Shown: one piece after another, positions 40,191-50,036 of the stretch | How positions within the stretch are numbered: position 1 is the stretch's first letter | How the letters are laid out: every line of letters begins with the position of its first letter | Origin: an uncultured delta proteobacterium | Lineage (GTDB): Bacteria; Desulfobacterota; Desulfobacteria; Desulfobacterales; SG8-13 | Length of the DNA: 64,000 nt | Assembly (NCBI GenBank): GCA_963848135.1 | Contig: CAWKCK010000017.1 | Span: 995,507-1,059,506, forward strand | Direction: 5' to 3' | The notes under the pieces: model-generated | Told to the model about the DNA's origin: nothing | The model's input: only the letters and a program-made list of their open reading frames with translations | Databases searched by the model: none | Made by a program: the position numbers and the translations under genes

Positions 40191-41088
40191 CTACCATGTC
40201 GATTTGAGAAGTCCTTTGGGGCGGAACAGCAGGACGATCACCACCGCCACATAGGGAAATACAATGGCGAACTGCGGCCACATCAGAATGCCGATGGAAT
40301 CGGTCAGGCCGAAGATCAGGGCGCCGAGCAGGGCACCCCAGATGTTGCCCAGTCCGCCGATAATGACGATCAGAAATGCCTCGATAATGATCGAATGATC
40401 CATGCCCTGGGTGATGTTCTGCGTGGGCGCGACCAGGGCCCCGCCCAGCCCAGCCAAGTAGCAGCCAATGACGAAGACGGCGGCGAATACCCAGCTCACG
40501 TTGATCCCGACGGCACCGACCATCTCACGGTCCACGGCAGCGGCCCGGGCGATCTTGCCGATCTTGGTCCGGTTGGTGAGGAACCACAGGCCAGCAGCAA
40601 CGACGGGCCCGACGATCAGCAGGAACAGATTATACCGGGGAAACGGCAGTCCCTTTGATCGAAAAGGACCCTTGTAGAAATTCGGGCGCCGTCAGGCTGC
40701 GGTAATCCGAACCCCAGATCAGCTTTACCAGATCCCCGAAGACCAAAGTCAAGGAGAAGGTGAAAAGCAGCAGCATGAGATGTTCGCGCTCGTACAGATG
40801 GCAGAACAGGCCGCGCTCGACGAGAAAGCTTATCAGCGCCACGACCAGCGGCGCCACGACCAGGGCGATAAAAAATCCGGCGGCACTCTGTCCGAAAACG
40901 GTGGCGACCGTGTAGGTCACAAAGGCGCCGATCATGTAGAGCGAGCCGTGGGCCACGTTGGGGATCCGCAACACCCCGAGAACCAGGCTGAGGCCTGAAG
41001 CCACGATAAACAGGATCGTCGTTCGGCTAAGGCCGACCAGGACCTGCTGCATCAGCGCCGAAAAGGTGACAGTAGCGGAAAATTCCAT
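40191..41088 (-). pseudogene. LivH-like ABC permease with frameshift near 40640
   Basis: ASGLSLVLG..NVAHG in one frame; IIGGLGNI..FRPKGL in another. Confidence 0.8.
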
Positions 41089-41199
41089 GCAGATCGCTAT
41101 CTCGGAATCTTGTGTTCCCGCAGACGAAAATGTGTGCGGGAACTGAATTTAATATTTTCGATGACGCAATACGCCTGATGGTGTTCATCCAGCAACGGG

Positions 41200-42408
41200 C
41201 TATTTACGTGATTCGGCAATCTCCTCACAGCTCGGCATCACCTCCTCGCCGGGAATCGTGACGATATCCGTGGCTATCAGAAAGTCATAGCCGGCCACCT
41301 TCTTGGTCACGCCCATGAACATGGGCAACGTTGTCTGATGGTCGCAGGCGCGCATGGTCACCGGACCGACGGGGCTATCCACGGTCAGTCCTTCGACCGC
41401 ATCGATGAACGCTTCGGTCTTGGCCTTGCCGGCTTTCAGGTAACCCTGGGAAATCAGCCTGGCAGCCAGCACGCCGTAGAGGGCACCCACGGCCGGTTCG
41501 CGGTTGTAGGCCTGTTTGAACTCAGCGACGAACTGTTTGTTGGCCTCGTTTTCCGGAAAGTAGAAGAAGTAGTTGGAGGTGCCGATGACGCCCTCGGGGC
41601 CGTCGAGCCCCAGGGGCTTCAGGGTGGACAATTCGGTAGCCGTGTGCATGAAAAAAGGCATTCGCTCGTTGAAACCGGTGGTCTTGGCCGCCTTTAGAAA
41701 GGGCACGCAGTCGCGCCCGCCCGTGGCGATGATGACCGCGTCAGGCTGGGCCGAGAGGATGGCCGTGATATAGGGCGTGAAGTCCGGTTCTCCCACCTTC
41801 CACCAGGACTGACCCAGCAGTTCCACGTCCGGACGCAGCTTTTTGAGGTTATCCCACACGCCGTCGGCCAAGGCATGGCCGTATTCATAATCGTCGCCGG
41901 CAATCCAATACTTCTTGTAGGGCCGCTTGGCCAGTCCCACGGCGCCGGCCTTGCCTGCCAGAGCGGTGTTTTCGGTGATGGAGAAGACATACCGATGGCC
42001 CTTGGCGCCGGTGATCTTGGCGCTCTTGGAAAAGGTCGCGAAAAAGGGGATTTTCTCCTTGGCGGCCAGATCGGAGACGGCCAGGGCCAGGGCGCTGTTG
42101 ATGGTGCCCATCAGGATATCCACATTCTCGCGGTAGATCAGTTCTTTGGCGGCCGACAGGCCGATATCGACCTTGAACTTGCTGTCCCGGGTGGTGAAGA
42201 CGATCTTGTGGCCCAGAACGCCGCCGGCGGCATTGATCTTGTCGACCTCCAGTTTGAAGGCATCTCTGACGTCGTTTGTGTATGTGGCCGGCGGACCGCT
42301 GTAACAGTCGACGATGCCGACCTTGATCTCCTTTGCCGCCTCGGCGGGAGCGGTGACCAGAACCAGGGCCATTGCCATAGCGACGCAAAACCAGGCAGAC
42401 GTTTTCAT
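41200..42408 (-). CDS. LivK-like periplasmic substrate-binding protein
   Basis: Signal peptide, INAAGGVLG, DYEYGH, MRACDHQ; GGAGG RBS before ATG 42408. Confidence 0.9.
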   Translation of the reverse strand: MKTSAWFCVAMAMALVLVTAPAEAAKEIKVGIVDCYSGPPATYTNDVRDAFKLEVDKINAAGGVLGHKIVFTTRDSKFKVDIGLSAAKELIYRENVDILMGTINSALALAVSDLAAKEKIPFFATFSKSAKITGAKGHRYVFSITENTALAGKAGAVGLAKRPYKKYWIAGDDYEYGHALADGVWDNLKKLRPDVELLGQSWWKVGEPDFTPYITAILSAQPDAVIIATGGRDCVPFLKAAKTTGFNERMPFFMHTATELSTLKPLGLDGPEGVIGTSNYFFYFPENEANKQFVAEFKQAYNREPAVGALYGVLAARLISQGYLKAGKAKTEAFIDAVEGLTVDSPVGPVTMRACDHQTTLPMFMGVTKKVAGYDFLIATDIVTIPGEEVMPSCEEIAESRK

Positions 42409-42682
42409 GTTGAACCTCCTCGTTGAAAGATTAGACAAAGAAAGACTGGGGCCGTGAACTGGATGGCAAGAAACAACGCATCTAAAATACCGCAAATCTG
42501 TTTTCAGTCAATGGAAAAAATACAGGCTCAATTCTCTACGATCACGACCAGCATCACGGCCCGGCGTGGGCCCCGGGAACCAGCGTGACTTCGATATCGG
42601 CGGTCTTGTTAGGTCCGGAATCGGTTTTTGATTTCAACGATTACTTCCCTCACCGGCTCAAATCAATTCTGGTGGCGGTTGA

Positions 42683-43024
42683 TCATCTCGGCACCCACAG
42701 AACCGTACGCGCTTTTTTTGTCATCTCTTTAGCCAGGTCTTCCACGGGGCCGTATTGCATGCATCCTGCCATGCAATGCTTCACGCAGGCAGGTTCAAGG
42801 CCCTGTTTTGTGCGGGGTTTGCACAGGATACACAGCTCCGTGGGAAAGGGAAGGTAGGTGAGGTAGTACTTTCCCTTGGGCAGTTTCTGGACGATCTCGT
42901 TGACACGGATGCCCCCCATTCCTGCAGGCCAGCCATATTCCTGGGCACAGGCTACCTGGCAGGTATGGCATCCGGTGCAGTATTCATAGTCGATCAGGAG
43001 GCCGAATTCATGCTTTTTAGCCAT
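42683..43024 (-). CDS. 4Fe-4S small (beta) subunit of the molybdoenzyme
   Basis: GLLIDYEYCTGCHTCQVAC, CILC, PACVKHC..GC. Confidence 0.9.
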   Translation of the reverse strand: MAKKHEFGLLIDYEYCTGCHTCQVACAQEYGWPAGMGGIRVNEIVQKLPKGKYYLTYLPFPTELCILCKPRTKQGLEPACVKHCMAGCMQYGPVEDLAKEMTKKARTVLWVPR

Positions 43025-45467
43025 GGGTCACCTCCTCGGGGCTGCATTTGTAGATCCTGCACATGGAATGTTTGATGGGGGCGCCCTGGCCGTCTTTCCC
43101 GTGGTGGTTCATGGGGATCAGTTGGTTGATGTTGGATTCCCACACCCCGAACAGGCTGGGTTCCGCCGCCTCCTTTTCCGGAAACCACCAGCCATGGGAT
43201 GCCATGATCATCCATTCAGGAACCACGGGCGTCAGTTTTGCCTTGTACCGGGCCCGCCCCATCCAGTTTTCTATCCACATCCACTCACCGTTGCCGATCC
43301 CGTGGCTGGCAGCGGTTTCCGGATGGATCTCCACCAGCGGATCAGGATCGATCTCCCTCAACCATGGGATATTGCGATGTTCCGAATGGAAGAATGCCGG
43401 CGACCGCCTTCCCGTGGAGAGAATCAGGGGATAATCTTTGGCCAGGTCAGGCCTGCTGACCGGTGTGAAGGGAGGCTCTTCGTGGTGGGGGACAGGCTCC
43501 AGGTCCCATTCTTCCCGGAGGGTGGAATAGAGTTCAAAAAGGCCTGTCTGGGTTCTGAAGCCCGGTTTCTTATCGGGCCGGAGCAGCCCCTTCTCATGAC
43601 GCCGGTACGGGCAGCTCGAACTCCCCTCGGGAGGATAGGCCCATCCCTTTTCCTGGAGTTCCTTGAAGGTCATACCCGAGGGTTTGAGAATATCATCATA
43701 CAGATCGTAGATGGTCTCATACTCGTACTCGGGATCAAACCGTTTGGCCAGTTCAAAATTGATTTCCACATCCGGGAGACATTCGTCCACGGTCATGGCT
43801 TTGTTGATGCTCTGGAGGGGAACCCACCAGCTCCTGAAGCTGTCTTTTTCAAGAAAGGTTCCCGCCGGAAGAACCACATCCGCATACTGGGTGGTGGGCG
43901 TGTGAAACAGGTCGACGGCAACCACGAAATCCAATTTTTCCAGGGCCTTTTTCCATCGTTTCGGGTCCATGCCCAGCCCCTGCATGATGCCGGCGGTCTG
44001 TATCCACATCCCTTTGATGGGGTAGGGCTTTTCAGTAAAGATCTGATCCAGGGTCATATCGGTCTGGCAGCGCCAGTAGAACTTGTTCAGGGGCATGAAC
44101 CGGTCGGCACCGATACGGGGTTTGTCCATCTCCTTGGTCTTGAGGCGGATGGGTCCGGTGGTGCCCGGCAGGGCGTAGGAGACCACATCAAAGGCAAACC
44201 GTGCAAATACGTTTCCGCCGGGGACATCCAGGTTTCCGGTCAGGGCCCACAGGGCGGTAATCCCGGTCACCAGGGGGGTGAGTGCGGGGGTCATGTCAAC
44301 GGCAACGCCCCAGTGTATGGACGCCGGTTTGCTTCTTGCGTATAGCTCTGCCGCCGCCCGGATATCCTTGGCCGGCACCCCGGTGATGGCTTCAACCCTG
44401 TCCAGGGGATAGGTGTCAACCTCCCGGCAGAATTCGTCCCATGCCGTGTGGCACCGGACGGTGTCACCGTTGGCCAGCACGACTTCCCATTGGCCGGACA
44501 GGGCCGGGCTGGCCTGGCTGTCCCGGTAGGCGATATCGGCCGTATCCCAGATGACCGGCCCGGCGTTTTTTGTATCCCATGCCGCAAAATTGCCATGGGA
44601 ACCCGTGTCGGCCAGGTCGTCTTCCCTGAGTAACTTGCCGGTGTCCTCCCGGATCAGATGGGCACCGTTGGTCCACCGCTCAAGGAACTGTTTATCGTAA
44701 AGGTCCTGGTTGATGATGACGTTAAGAAATCCCATGACCAGGGCGGAATCGGTTCCGGGTCTCAATCTCAGGTGGTGTTTTGACCGGGAGGCGAACCAGG
44801 ACAGTCTGGGATCAATGCAGATGATCTTGGTGCCTTTTTTCATGAGATCGACAATCCAGTGGCCGAACTGGTTGTCCGGGCACGTGGCATGGATGTTGTA
44901 GCCCCAGATAATCATGCACTCCGGGGACGTGTATCTCGGATCCTTATACCGGTCCGGGAACCACTGGGCGGCGTCAAAAACAGCAAAATCACCCTGGACG
45001 GTGATAACGGCGGAAAGGCGGGGCCCGTAACAGGCCTGGCCGGAAAGGCCGAACATGACGTTGGGGCTGCCATAGGCATAGGCCAGCATGCAGATCCAGG
45101 CATAAATATCCCGGCCTGTGCCCACATTGAACACCATGCTCTCCGGCCCGTGTTCCTCCCGGATTTTATTCATCCTTTCTTCAATCAGGTCAAAGGCCTC
45201 GGCCCAGGTGATACGCTGCCATTTGCCTTCACCGCGCTTGCCGGTGCGTTTGACCGGATACCTCAGCCGGTCCGGGTGATCGACATACTGGGTCATGGCA
45301 AGGGCCCTGGCGCACAGGCGTCCCTGGTTCATGGGATGGTCGGGATCTCCCTCGATCTTTACCAGTTTCCCGTCCTTAATGTGGGCCAGTACGCCGCAGC
45401 CGCCGTGACATCCGGGGCCGGGTGACCAAGTGGTTGTTTTGACGATGTGGCTTCCTTGATCGTTCAC
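43017..45467 (-). CDS. Bis-MGD molybdopterin oxidoreductase catalytic subunit (acetylene hydratase / catechol dehydroxylase-like)
   Basis: WSPGPGCHGGC..GRLCAR, HPDRLRYP, LRPGTDSAL, YADVVLPA, FHSEHR, HGWWFPE; no Tat signal; GGAGG plus GTG 45467. Confidence 0.9.
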   Translation of the reverse strand: MNDQGSHIVKTTTWSPGPGCHGGCGVLAHIKDGKLVKIEGDPDHPMNQGRLCARALAMTQYVDHPDRLRYPVKRTGKRGEGKWQRITWAEAFDLIEERMNKIREEHGPESMVFNVGTGRDIYAWICMLAYAYGSPNVMFGLSGQACYGPRLSAVITVQGDFAVFDAAQWFPDRYKDPRYTSPECMIIWGYNIHATCPDNQFGHWIVDLMKKGTKIICIDPRLSWFASRSKHHLRLRPGTDSALVMGFLNVIINQDLYDKQFLERWTNGAHLIREDTGKLLREDDLADTGSHGNFAAWDTKNAGPVIWDTADIAYRDSQASPALSGQWEVVLANGDTVRCHTAWDEFCREVDTYPLDRVEAITGVPAKDIRAAAELYARSKPASIHWGVAVDMTPALTPLVTGITALWALTGNLDVPGGNVFARFAFDVVSYALPGTTGPIRLKTKEMDKPRIGADRFMPLNKFYWRCQTDMTLDQIFTEKPYPIKGMWIQTAGIMQGLGMDPKRWKKALEKLDFVVAVDLFHTPTTQYADVVLPAGTFLEKDSFRSWWVPLQSINKAMTVDECLPDVEINFELAKRFDPEYEYETIYDLYDDILKPSGMTFKELQEKGWAYPPEGSSSCPYRRHEKGLLRPDKKPGFRTQTGLFELYSTLREEWDLEPVPHHEEPPFTPVSRPDLAKDYPLILSTGRRSPAFFHSEHRNIPWLREIDPDPLVEIHPETAASHGIGNGEWMWIENWMGRARYKAKLTPVVPEWMIMASHGWWFPEKEAAEPSLFGVWESNINQLIPMNHHGKDGQGAPIKHSMCRIYKCSPEEVTHG

Positions 45468-45525
45468 TGGAATTTCCTCCAGGCTGGGTGGGTGATACTC
45501 GATCAATACCAGGGCCGGATCATTT

Positions 45526-45576
45526 AGTCAATAAATGTATTATCAATAAATTGACATTAAATCTATTGATCAATGA
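45526..45576. promoter_or_regulatory. Divergent promoter / probable MarR operator
   Basis: TCAATAAAT twice, TCAATAAATTGA and ATTGATCAAT palindromes, TTGACA at 45551. Confidence 0.5.
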
Positions 45577-45634
45577 GCGCCATTGTAATATCGTCGCGCA
45601 AATTATTGTGAAAATTCAGACTCTGCTGAAAACC

Positions 45635-46102
45635 ATGAACGAGAAGACCAAGACAAACTATGTCAGTGACCTGACCTTTGATGAAAAGGTGATGATGGCG
45701 ATCGTCAGGGCTGCAGAAAATTTCAAGAGAGCGCATTCATCCATTTTCAAGAAACACGGACTCTCCTTCCCCCAGTACAATATTCTACGGGTCCTCGATG
45801 CATCTGAAAACGGCCGCAATAAAACCAGTGCTGTCAGCAGGATCATGCTGGTGCCCGGGGCCAACATGACAGGTCTTTCTAAGAGACTCGAAAAGAATGG
45901 GTTTATCCTGCGGACACGGGATCCCCAGGATGAACGGGTCACCCTGCTTGCCATTACCCGCAAAGGCAGGGATGCCCTGAAGATGATCGAAGATGAAAAA
46001 AACGAATCCATTGAAATCATCCTAAATGGATTTACCCAGGAGGAAAAACATGACCTCTTGGATAAGATCAAAAAACTGATCAAGTCAACCAGCGCTATAT
46101 AG
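45635..46102 (+). CDS. MarR-family transcriptional regulator
   Basis: GLSFPQYNILRVL, RLEKNGFILR..DPQDER..ITRKG. Confidence 0.92.
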   Translation: MNEKTKTNYVSDLTFDEKVMMAIVRAAENFKRAHSSIFKKHGLSFPQYNILRVLDASENGRNKTSAVSRIMLVPGANMTGLSKRLEKNGFILRTRDPQDERVTLLAITRKGRDALKMIEDEKNESIEIILNGFTQEEKHDLLDKIKKLIKSTSAI

Positions 46103-46183
46103 AAAAATCTGTCATTGTCCAAGAACTTCCCAAAAGCAACACAGGAAAATTGGTTAAACGGGAGCTTAAAAAGCAGGTAGTAT

Positions 46184-46255
46184 ATGACCCAGATTTTAGC
46201 AGATAGGCGGGACGTTGATTTTGTTCTACACGAGCAGTTTCAGGTCAGTGAATGA
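46184..46255 (+). pseudogene. 23-codon N-terminal remnant of an acyl-CoA dehydrogenase
   Basis: MTQILADRRDVDFVLHEQFQVSE* resembles acyl-CoA dehydrogenase N-termini. Confidence 0.6.
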
Positions 46256-46585
46256 TTTGGCCAATAGATTATAATAAAGGGTAGTTAGCAGGCAAGATTA
46301 CACTAACGTACCTGGCAATACCCTGATGTTGTGCTTACTGATATTAAGCGAAACTTTCAAAAACTCCGAAACCACAAGGGCCAACCACAACATATGGCAG
46401 TTGGCCTTTTTCAATTATTTTTATCTCAACTTTCGGTATTCATAGCCAAATTGTTTTTTGACAAGCCGACACACTGCAGAGCGGTGTCCATAACTGCATC
46501 AATAAAGGCCGATGCTGTTTTTTCACAGAAGTTGCAGAGATTTCTCAATTGATCGTTCGCCAGAATCAAAATTCGATAAAGTGCT

Positions 46586-47698
46586 TCACTGATTCTCTTC
46601 CCCATTTTTGAAAACTTCGAGAATCTCATAAAACGAATTTCTTCGCGCTGGTGTGAAACCGGCCCGGCGAATGATGGTCTTAACTTTTTCCAGGGTAGCG
46701 GTCGGCGTGTGTCCGGCCGTGCGCAGGACGTTCTCTTCGAGCAGCACCCCGCCGAAATCATCGGCGCCGGCCAGAAGGCCGAGCTGGCCTGCCGGCACAC
46801 TTTCGCTAAACCATGAGGATTGAATGTGGGCAAAGTTGTCGAGCATCAAGCGCGCCAGCGCAATAATGCGCACATAACGGGCCGGATGCGTCCGGGACGG
46901 CACCCGATGGCTAAGCAGAGAGTCTCCCGGTTTGAAAGACCAGGGAACAAAAGACGTGAATCCCCCGGTCCGGTCCTGCAGTTCACGCAGCTTAAATAAG
47001 TGCGCCACGATGTCTTCGTCGGTCTCAACATGACCGAACATCATGGTGGCAGTGGTACGAAAGCCGATGTGATGTGCTTTCTCACATACATCGAGCCACT
47101 CTTCTGTTGTTGCCTTTCTCTTGGCCACTTCTTTCCGGACACGTTCTGACAAGATCTCTGCCCCACCGCCGGGTATGGTCCGGATGCCCTCGTCGTAAAC
47201 CGCCCGGAGGATGTCTTCCACGGGCAATTTTTCCATCCGGGAAATGAACACATACTCGGCTGGACTGAAAGGGTGAATGTGGATCTGCGGGCACGCTGCC
47301 CGAATCGCCCGAATGTAGGCCAGCCAGTCCTGCAAGCCGACCGCGGGGTTGTGCCCCCCTTGCAGCAACACCGTCGTGGCACCACGGGCGTGTGAAGCCT
47401 TGACTCGTTCAGCCAGATCATCCGGGCTGAGGGTGTAGGCTTCCTCTTGCTGTGCCCGTCTGTAAAAGGCGCAAAAATCGCAACACGTCACACAGATGTT
47501 GGTGTAGTTGGGGTTGGTGTCGACCACGAAGGTCACCACCCGCTGGGGCTGATGACACCTACGCGCCTGGTGAGCCAGGCCCATCAGTTCGCCCATAGGC
47601 ATCCTTTTGAGCATTTCGAGGGCGTCGCTCCGCTCATACCGGATGATCTCGACCTTTTCGGCTGTGCGGCCAGGTTTATTATTCTGAAATGCTGACAT
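46586..47698 (-). CDS. mqnC: Cyclic dehypoxanthine futalosine synthase (radical SAM)
   Basis: NYTNICVTCCDFCAF, LLQGGHNP, TATMMFGHVET, HIQSSW, ENV. Confidence 0.88.
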   Translation of the reverse strand: MSAFQNNKPGRTAEKVEIIRYERSDALEMLKRMPMGELMGLAHQARRCHQPQRVVTFVVDTNPNYTNICVTCCDFCAFYRRAQQEEAYTLSPDDLAERVKASHARGATTVLLQGGHNPAVGLQDWLAYIRAIRAACPQIHIHPFSPAEYVFISRMEKLPVEDILRAVYDEGIRTIPGGGAEILSERVRKEVAKRKATTEEWLDVCEKAHHIGFRTTATMMFGHVETDEDIVAHLFKLRELQDRTGGFTSFVPWSFKPGDSLLSHRVPSRTHPARYVRIIALARLMLDNFAHIQSSWFSESVPAGQLGLLAGADDFGGVLLEENVLRTAGHTPTATLEKVKTIIRRAGFTPARRNSFYEILEVFKNGEENQ

Positions 47699-47710
47699 TG
47701 TTGATCCTTG

Positions 47711-48583
47711 CTATCTTGATGATAATCCAGGCGAACCCAATATGTTTGCATTCGCGGCCGGCAGAACCTCTGAATCGATTTCTGCCCAATAAGAACACGC
47801 CGCATCATCGTCGAAATACCGTTTGTACTCGCTGAGAAATTTCGACTGGCCGGATAGGTCCGATGCGTCGAGCGTCCGACGGATCACCTGGAAATAAGCC
47901 GATATTTCAGAAGCGGAAACACCAATGCGGCGGGCGGATTCAGGCACAGCCTGCTTGACGAGTGCCGGCTCGCGTCTCTGAAACTCTGCCAGCCATTTTT
48001 CGAGGGCCTGCCTGGCTGACGTCGGCGCATCTTTTCTGACAACCCAGCGGGCAAAGACAAACGGAAGGTGGTGAAAGCCATACCACTCGCTGGCAAGATC
48101 GGTGACATGGGCGGCATCGGCCGCTACACCGGCGGCTCTTATGTCGCGCATCCGCATCAGTGCGGCGTCCCCTATCAACAGTTCACCATTGGGACGTTCA
48201 TCCGTATTGGCCAACTTCGGCAGATTTTCAAAGCCGTTTCGATACCCGAGCACGAGGAAAAGCAGCCGGATACTCGAAGCCGATTCGGTTGTCAGACGAA
48301 CGCACGTCCTCGAATCCATCTCGGTCAGAGGCCGGTCTGTAAAAAACAGCACGCTCATGGATCGCTCGGCAGCGGCAATGCCGAATTTACCGAGGTAATC
48401 CGTTATATCGGCAACAGCCGCCAGCCCTCCCACAGGAACCGCCGCTGCGATCACGCGCTTATTACACAACGCCACGATGCTATCCCGGGGCACCAAGGGC
48501 ACAAAACGGCACCCGTCCGGAGGGCCCAACGCGCGGAAAGGAGCCATGTTGGTATAGGGAATCATGGCAACGGGATGGTTCAA
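47711..48583 (-). CDS. mqnA: Chorismate dehydratase
   Basis: IPYTNMAP, SMSVL, SASSIRL, LLIGDAAL, LPFVFARW; AAGGAG plus TTG overlapping the mqnE stop. Confidence 0.85.
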   Translation of the reverse strand: MNHPVAMIPYTNMAPFRALGPPDGCRFVPLVPRDSIVALCNKRVIAAAVPVGGLAAVADITDYLGKFGIAAAERSMSVLFFTDRPLTEMDSRTCVRLTTESASSIRLLFLVLGYRNGFENLPKLANTDERPNGELLIGDAALMRMRDIRAAGVAADAAHVTDLASEWYGFHHLPFVFARWVVRKDAPTSARQALEKWLAEFQRREPALVKQAVPESARRIGVSASEISAYFQVIRRTLDASDLSGQSKFLSEYKRYFDDDAACSYWAEIDSEVLPAANANILGSPGLSSR

Positions 48584-49749
48584 GGGTTCGGCTCCTTTTG
48601 CCGGGCTCGCTTGGGTGACGGTGGCTCCGATGGCGACACGACCGCAGTCCCGCCAGCAATTGTCTTTGGTTCGGCCGCCGAACACTGATTGAATTGCCCG
48701 TCACGTTCGACCGGTACGAACCCGGCAATGGAAACGGTTTCCACCATTCTTTCCCGGGCCAGACCGACCGGCGTCTGGGCACCGGCCAGATGGGCTATTT
48801 TCTCCTCGGAAATAGTGCCGTCCATGTCATCCGCTCCCCAACTCAACCCCGCCGTGGCAGTTTCAACACCGGCCATGGGCCAGTAAGATTTCAGATGCGG
48901 TACGTTGTCGATAACCAGACGGGAAATGGCCAGAACCGCGAGCGTCTCAAGGGGCGTCGGCCCTTCTTCGATGAAACGCTGACCGCCAGGTTGGAAAGCC
49001 AGCGGAATGAAACATGAAAACCCACCGGTGTCGTCCTGGGTGTCGCGCAGAATCAGCATATGTGCAATGCGCTCGGGCCAGTTTTCTCCGAAGCCGAAAA
49101 GCATGGTGGCATTGGTCGGTATGTCCATCTCGTGGGCCAACCGGTGAATTTTGATCCAGTCTTTCGGTCCGATTTTGTTTTTCCAATGCTGCTGCCACAG
49201 GCGATCGGAAAAAATTTCAGCCCCTCCGCCCGGCATGGCATCCATGCCGGCCGCCTTCAGTTCTGCCAGGATCTCTGCCTCACTTCTGCCGCTGGTGCGA
49301 GCAAAGTAATCAATTTCCACAGCCGTGTAAGCCTTGATGTAAAGATCAGGAAACCGCTTCCTCAGTTCGCGCACAAGGGCCAGGTTGCGCGCATACGGCC
49401 AAACGCGGTTTAATCCGCCCACGATGTGTACTTCGGTCGGCTGCAACCGTTCGACGTTGTCGAGGATTTCATTTTCTTCCATGACATAGGCATGGGGGGC
49501 TGTGGGGCTGGCGGCATAATTGCAGAATGTGCAATTCATGGCGCAGATGTTGGCCGGATTGACATGCATGTTGAATATGTAAGTTGCGCGGTCGCCAAAT
49601 CGCTGGCGACGGTTTGAAAGTGCAGCTGCACCAAGAGCATGCAGACTATCCGGTGTTATGGCTGCCGCCAGAGCCAGGGCTTCATTCCGTGACAGGCGCT
49701 CACAACAGGCCCCTTTTTCAATAGCTTTACTGAATAACGCGTTTTGCAT
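48580..49749 (-). CDS. mqnE: Aminodeoxyfutalosine synthase (radical SAM)
   Basis: NICAMNCTFC, EVHIVGG, KAYTAVEI, MPGGGAEIF, HLKSYW, EKIAHLAGA. Confidence 0.88.
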   Translation of the reverse strand: MQNALFSKAIEKGACCERLSRNEALALAAAITPDSLHALGAAALSNRRQRFGDRATYIFNMHVNPANICAMNCTFCNYAASPTAPHAYVMEENEILDNVERLQPTEVHIVGGLNRVWPYARNLALVRELRKRFPDLYIKAYTAVEIDYFARTSGRSEAEILAELKAAGMDAMPGGGAEIFSDRLWQQHWKNKIGPKDWIKIHRLAHEMDIPTNATMLFGFGENWPERIAHMLILRDTQDDTGGFSCFIPLAFQPGGQRFIEEGPTPLETLAVLAISRLVIDNVPHLKSYWPMAGVETATAGLSWGADDMDGTISEEKIAHLAGAQTPVGLARERMVETVSIAGFVPVERDGQFNQCSAAEPKTIAGGTAVVSPSEPPSPKRARQKEPNP

Positions 49750-50036
49750 CGTTTTAGTTCTCTCACCGCCGCTATTCATGCCGGCGTCTGTGATCTCCGC
49801 CCGCTGAAAGGGCAGCATCTGATAATTCCCCTGAGGGGCATGAACAATGTCTCTAACAGTATAAATCCGAAAATATAAGCACGAAATTTGAAACAAACCT
49901 AAATGTCAAAATAGCAGTGATCGGGAATTTATCACCGGCATCCTGCCCGCCGGATGATCATGCGGACTCAGTCTCAGGTCACGAACGTGGTATTTTTGTT
50001 TTTCACGTTTTGGACACTCGGTGAAAAGATTCCGAT

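Noticed and set aside
43023..44345. 440-aa plus-strand ORF and other long antisense ORFs (e.g. 50704-51891, 37715-38554)
   Set aside because: Shadows of GC-rich coding genes on the opposite strand, with no recognisable motifs
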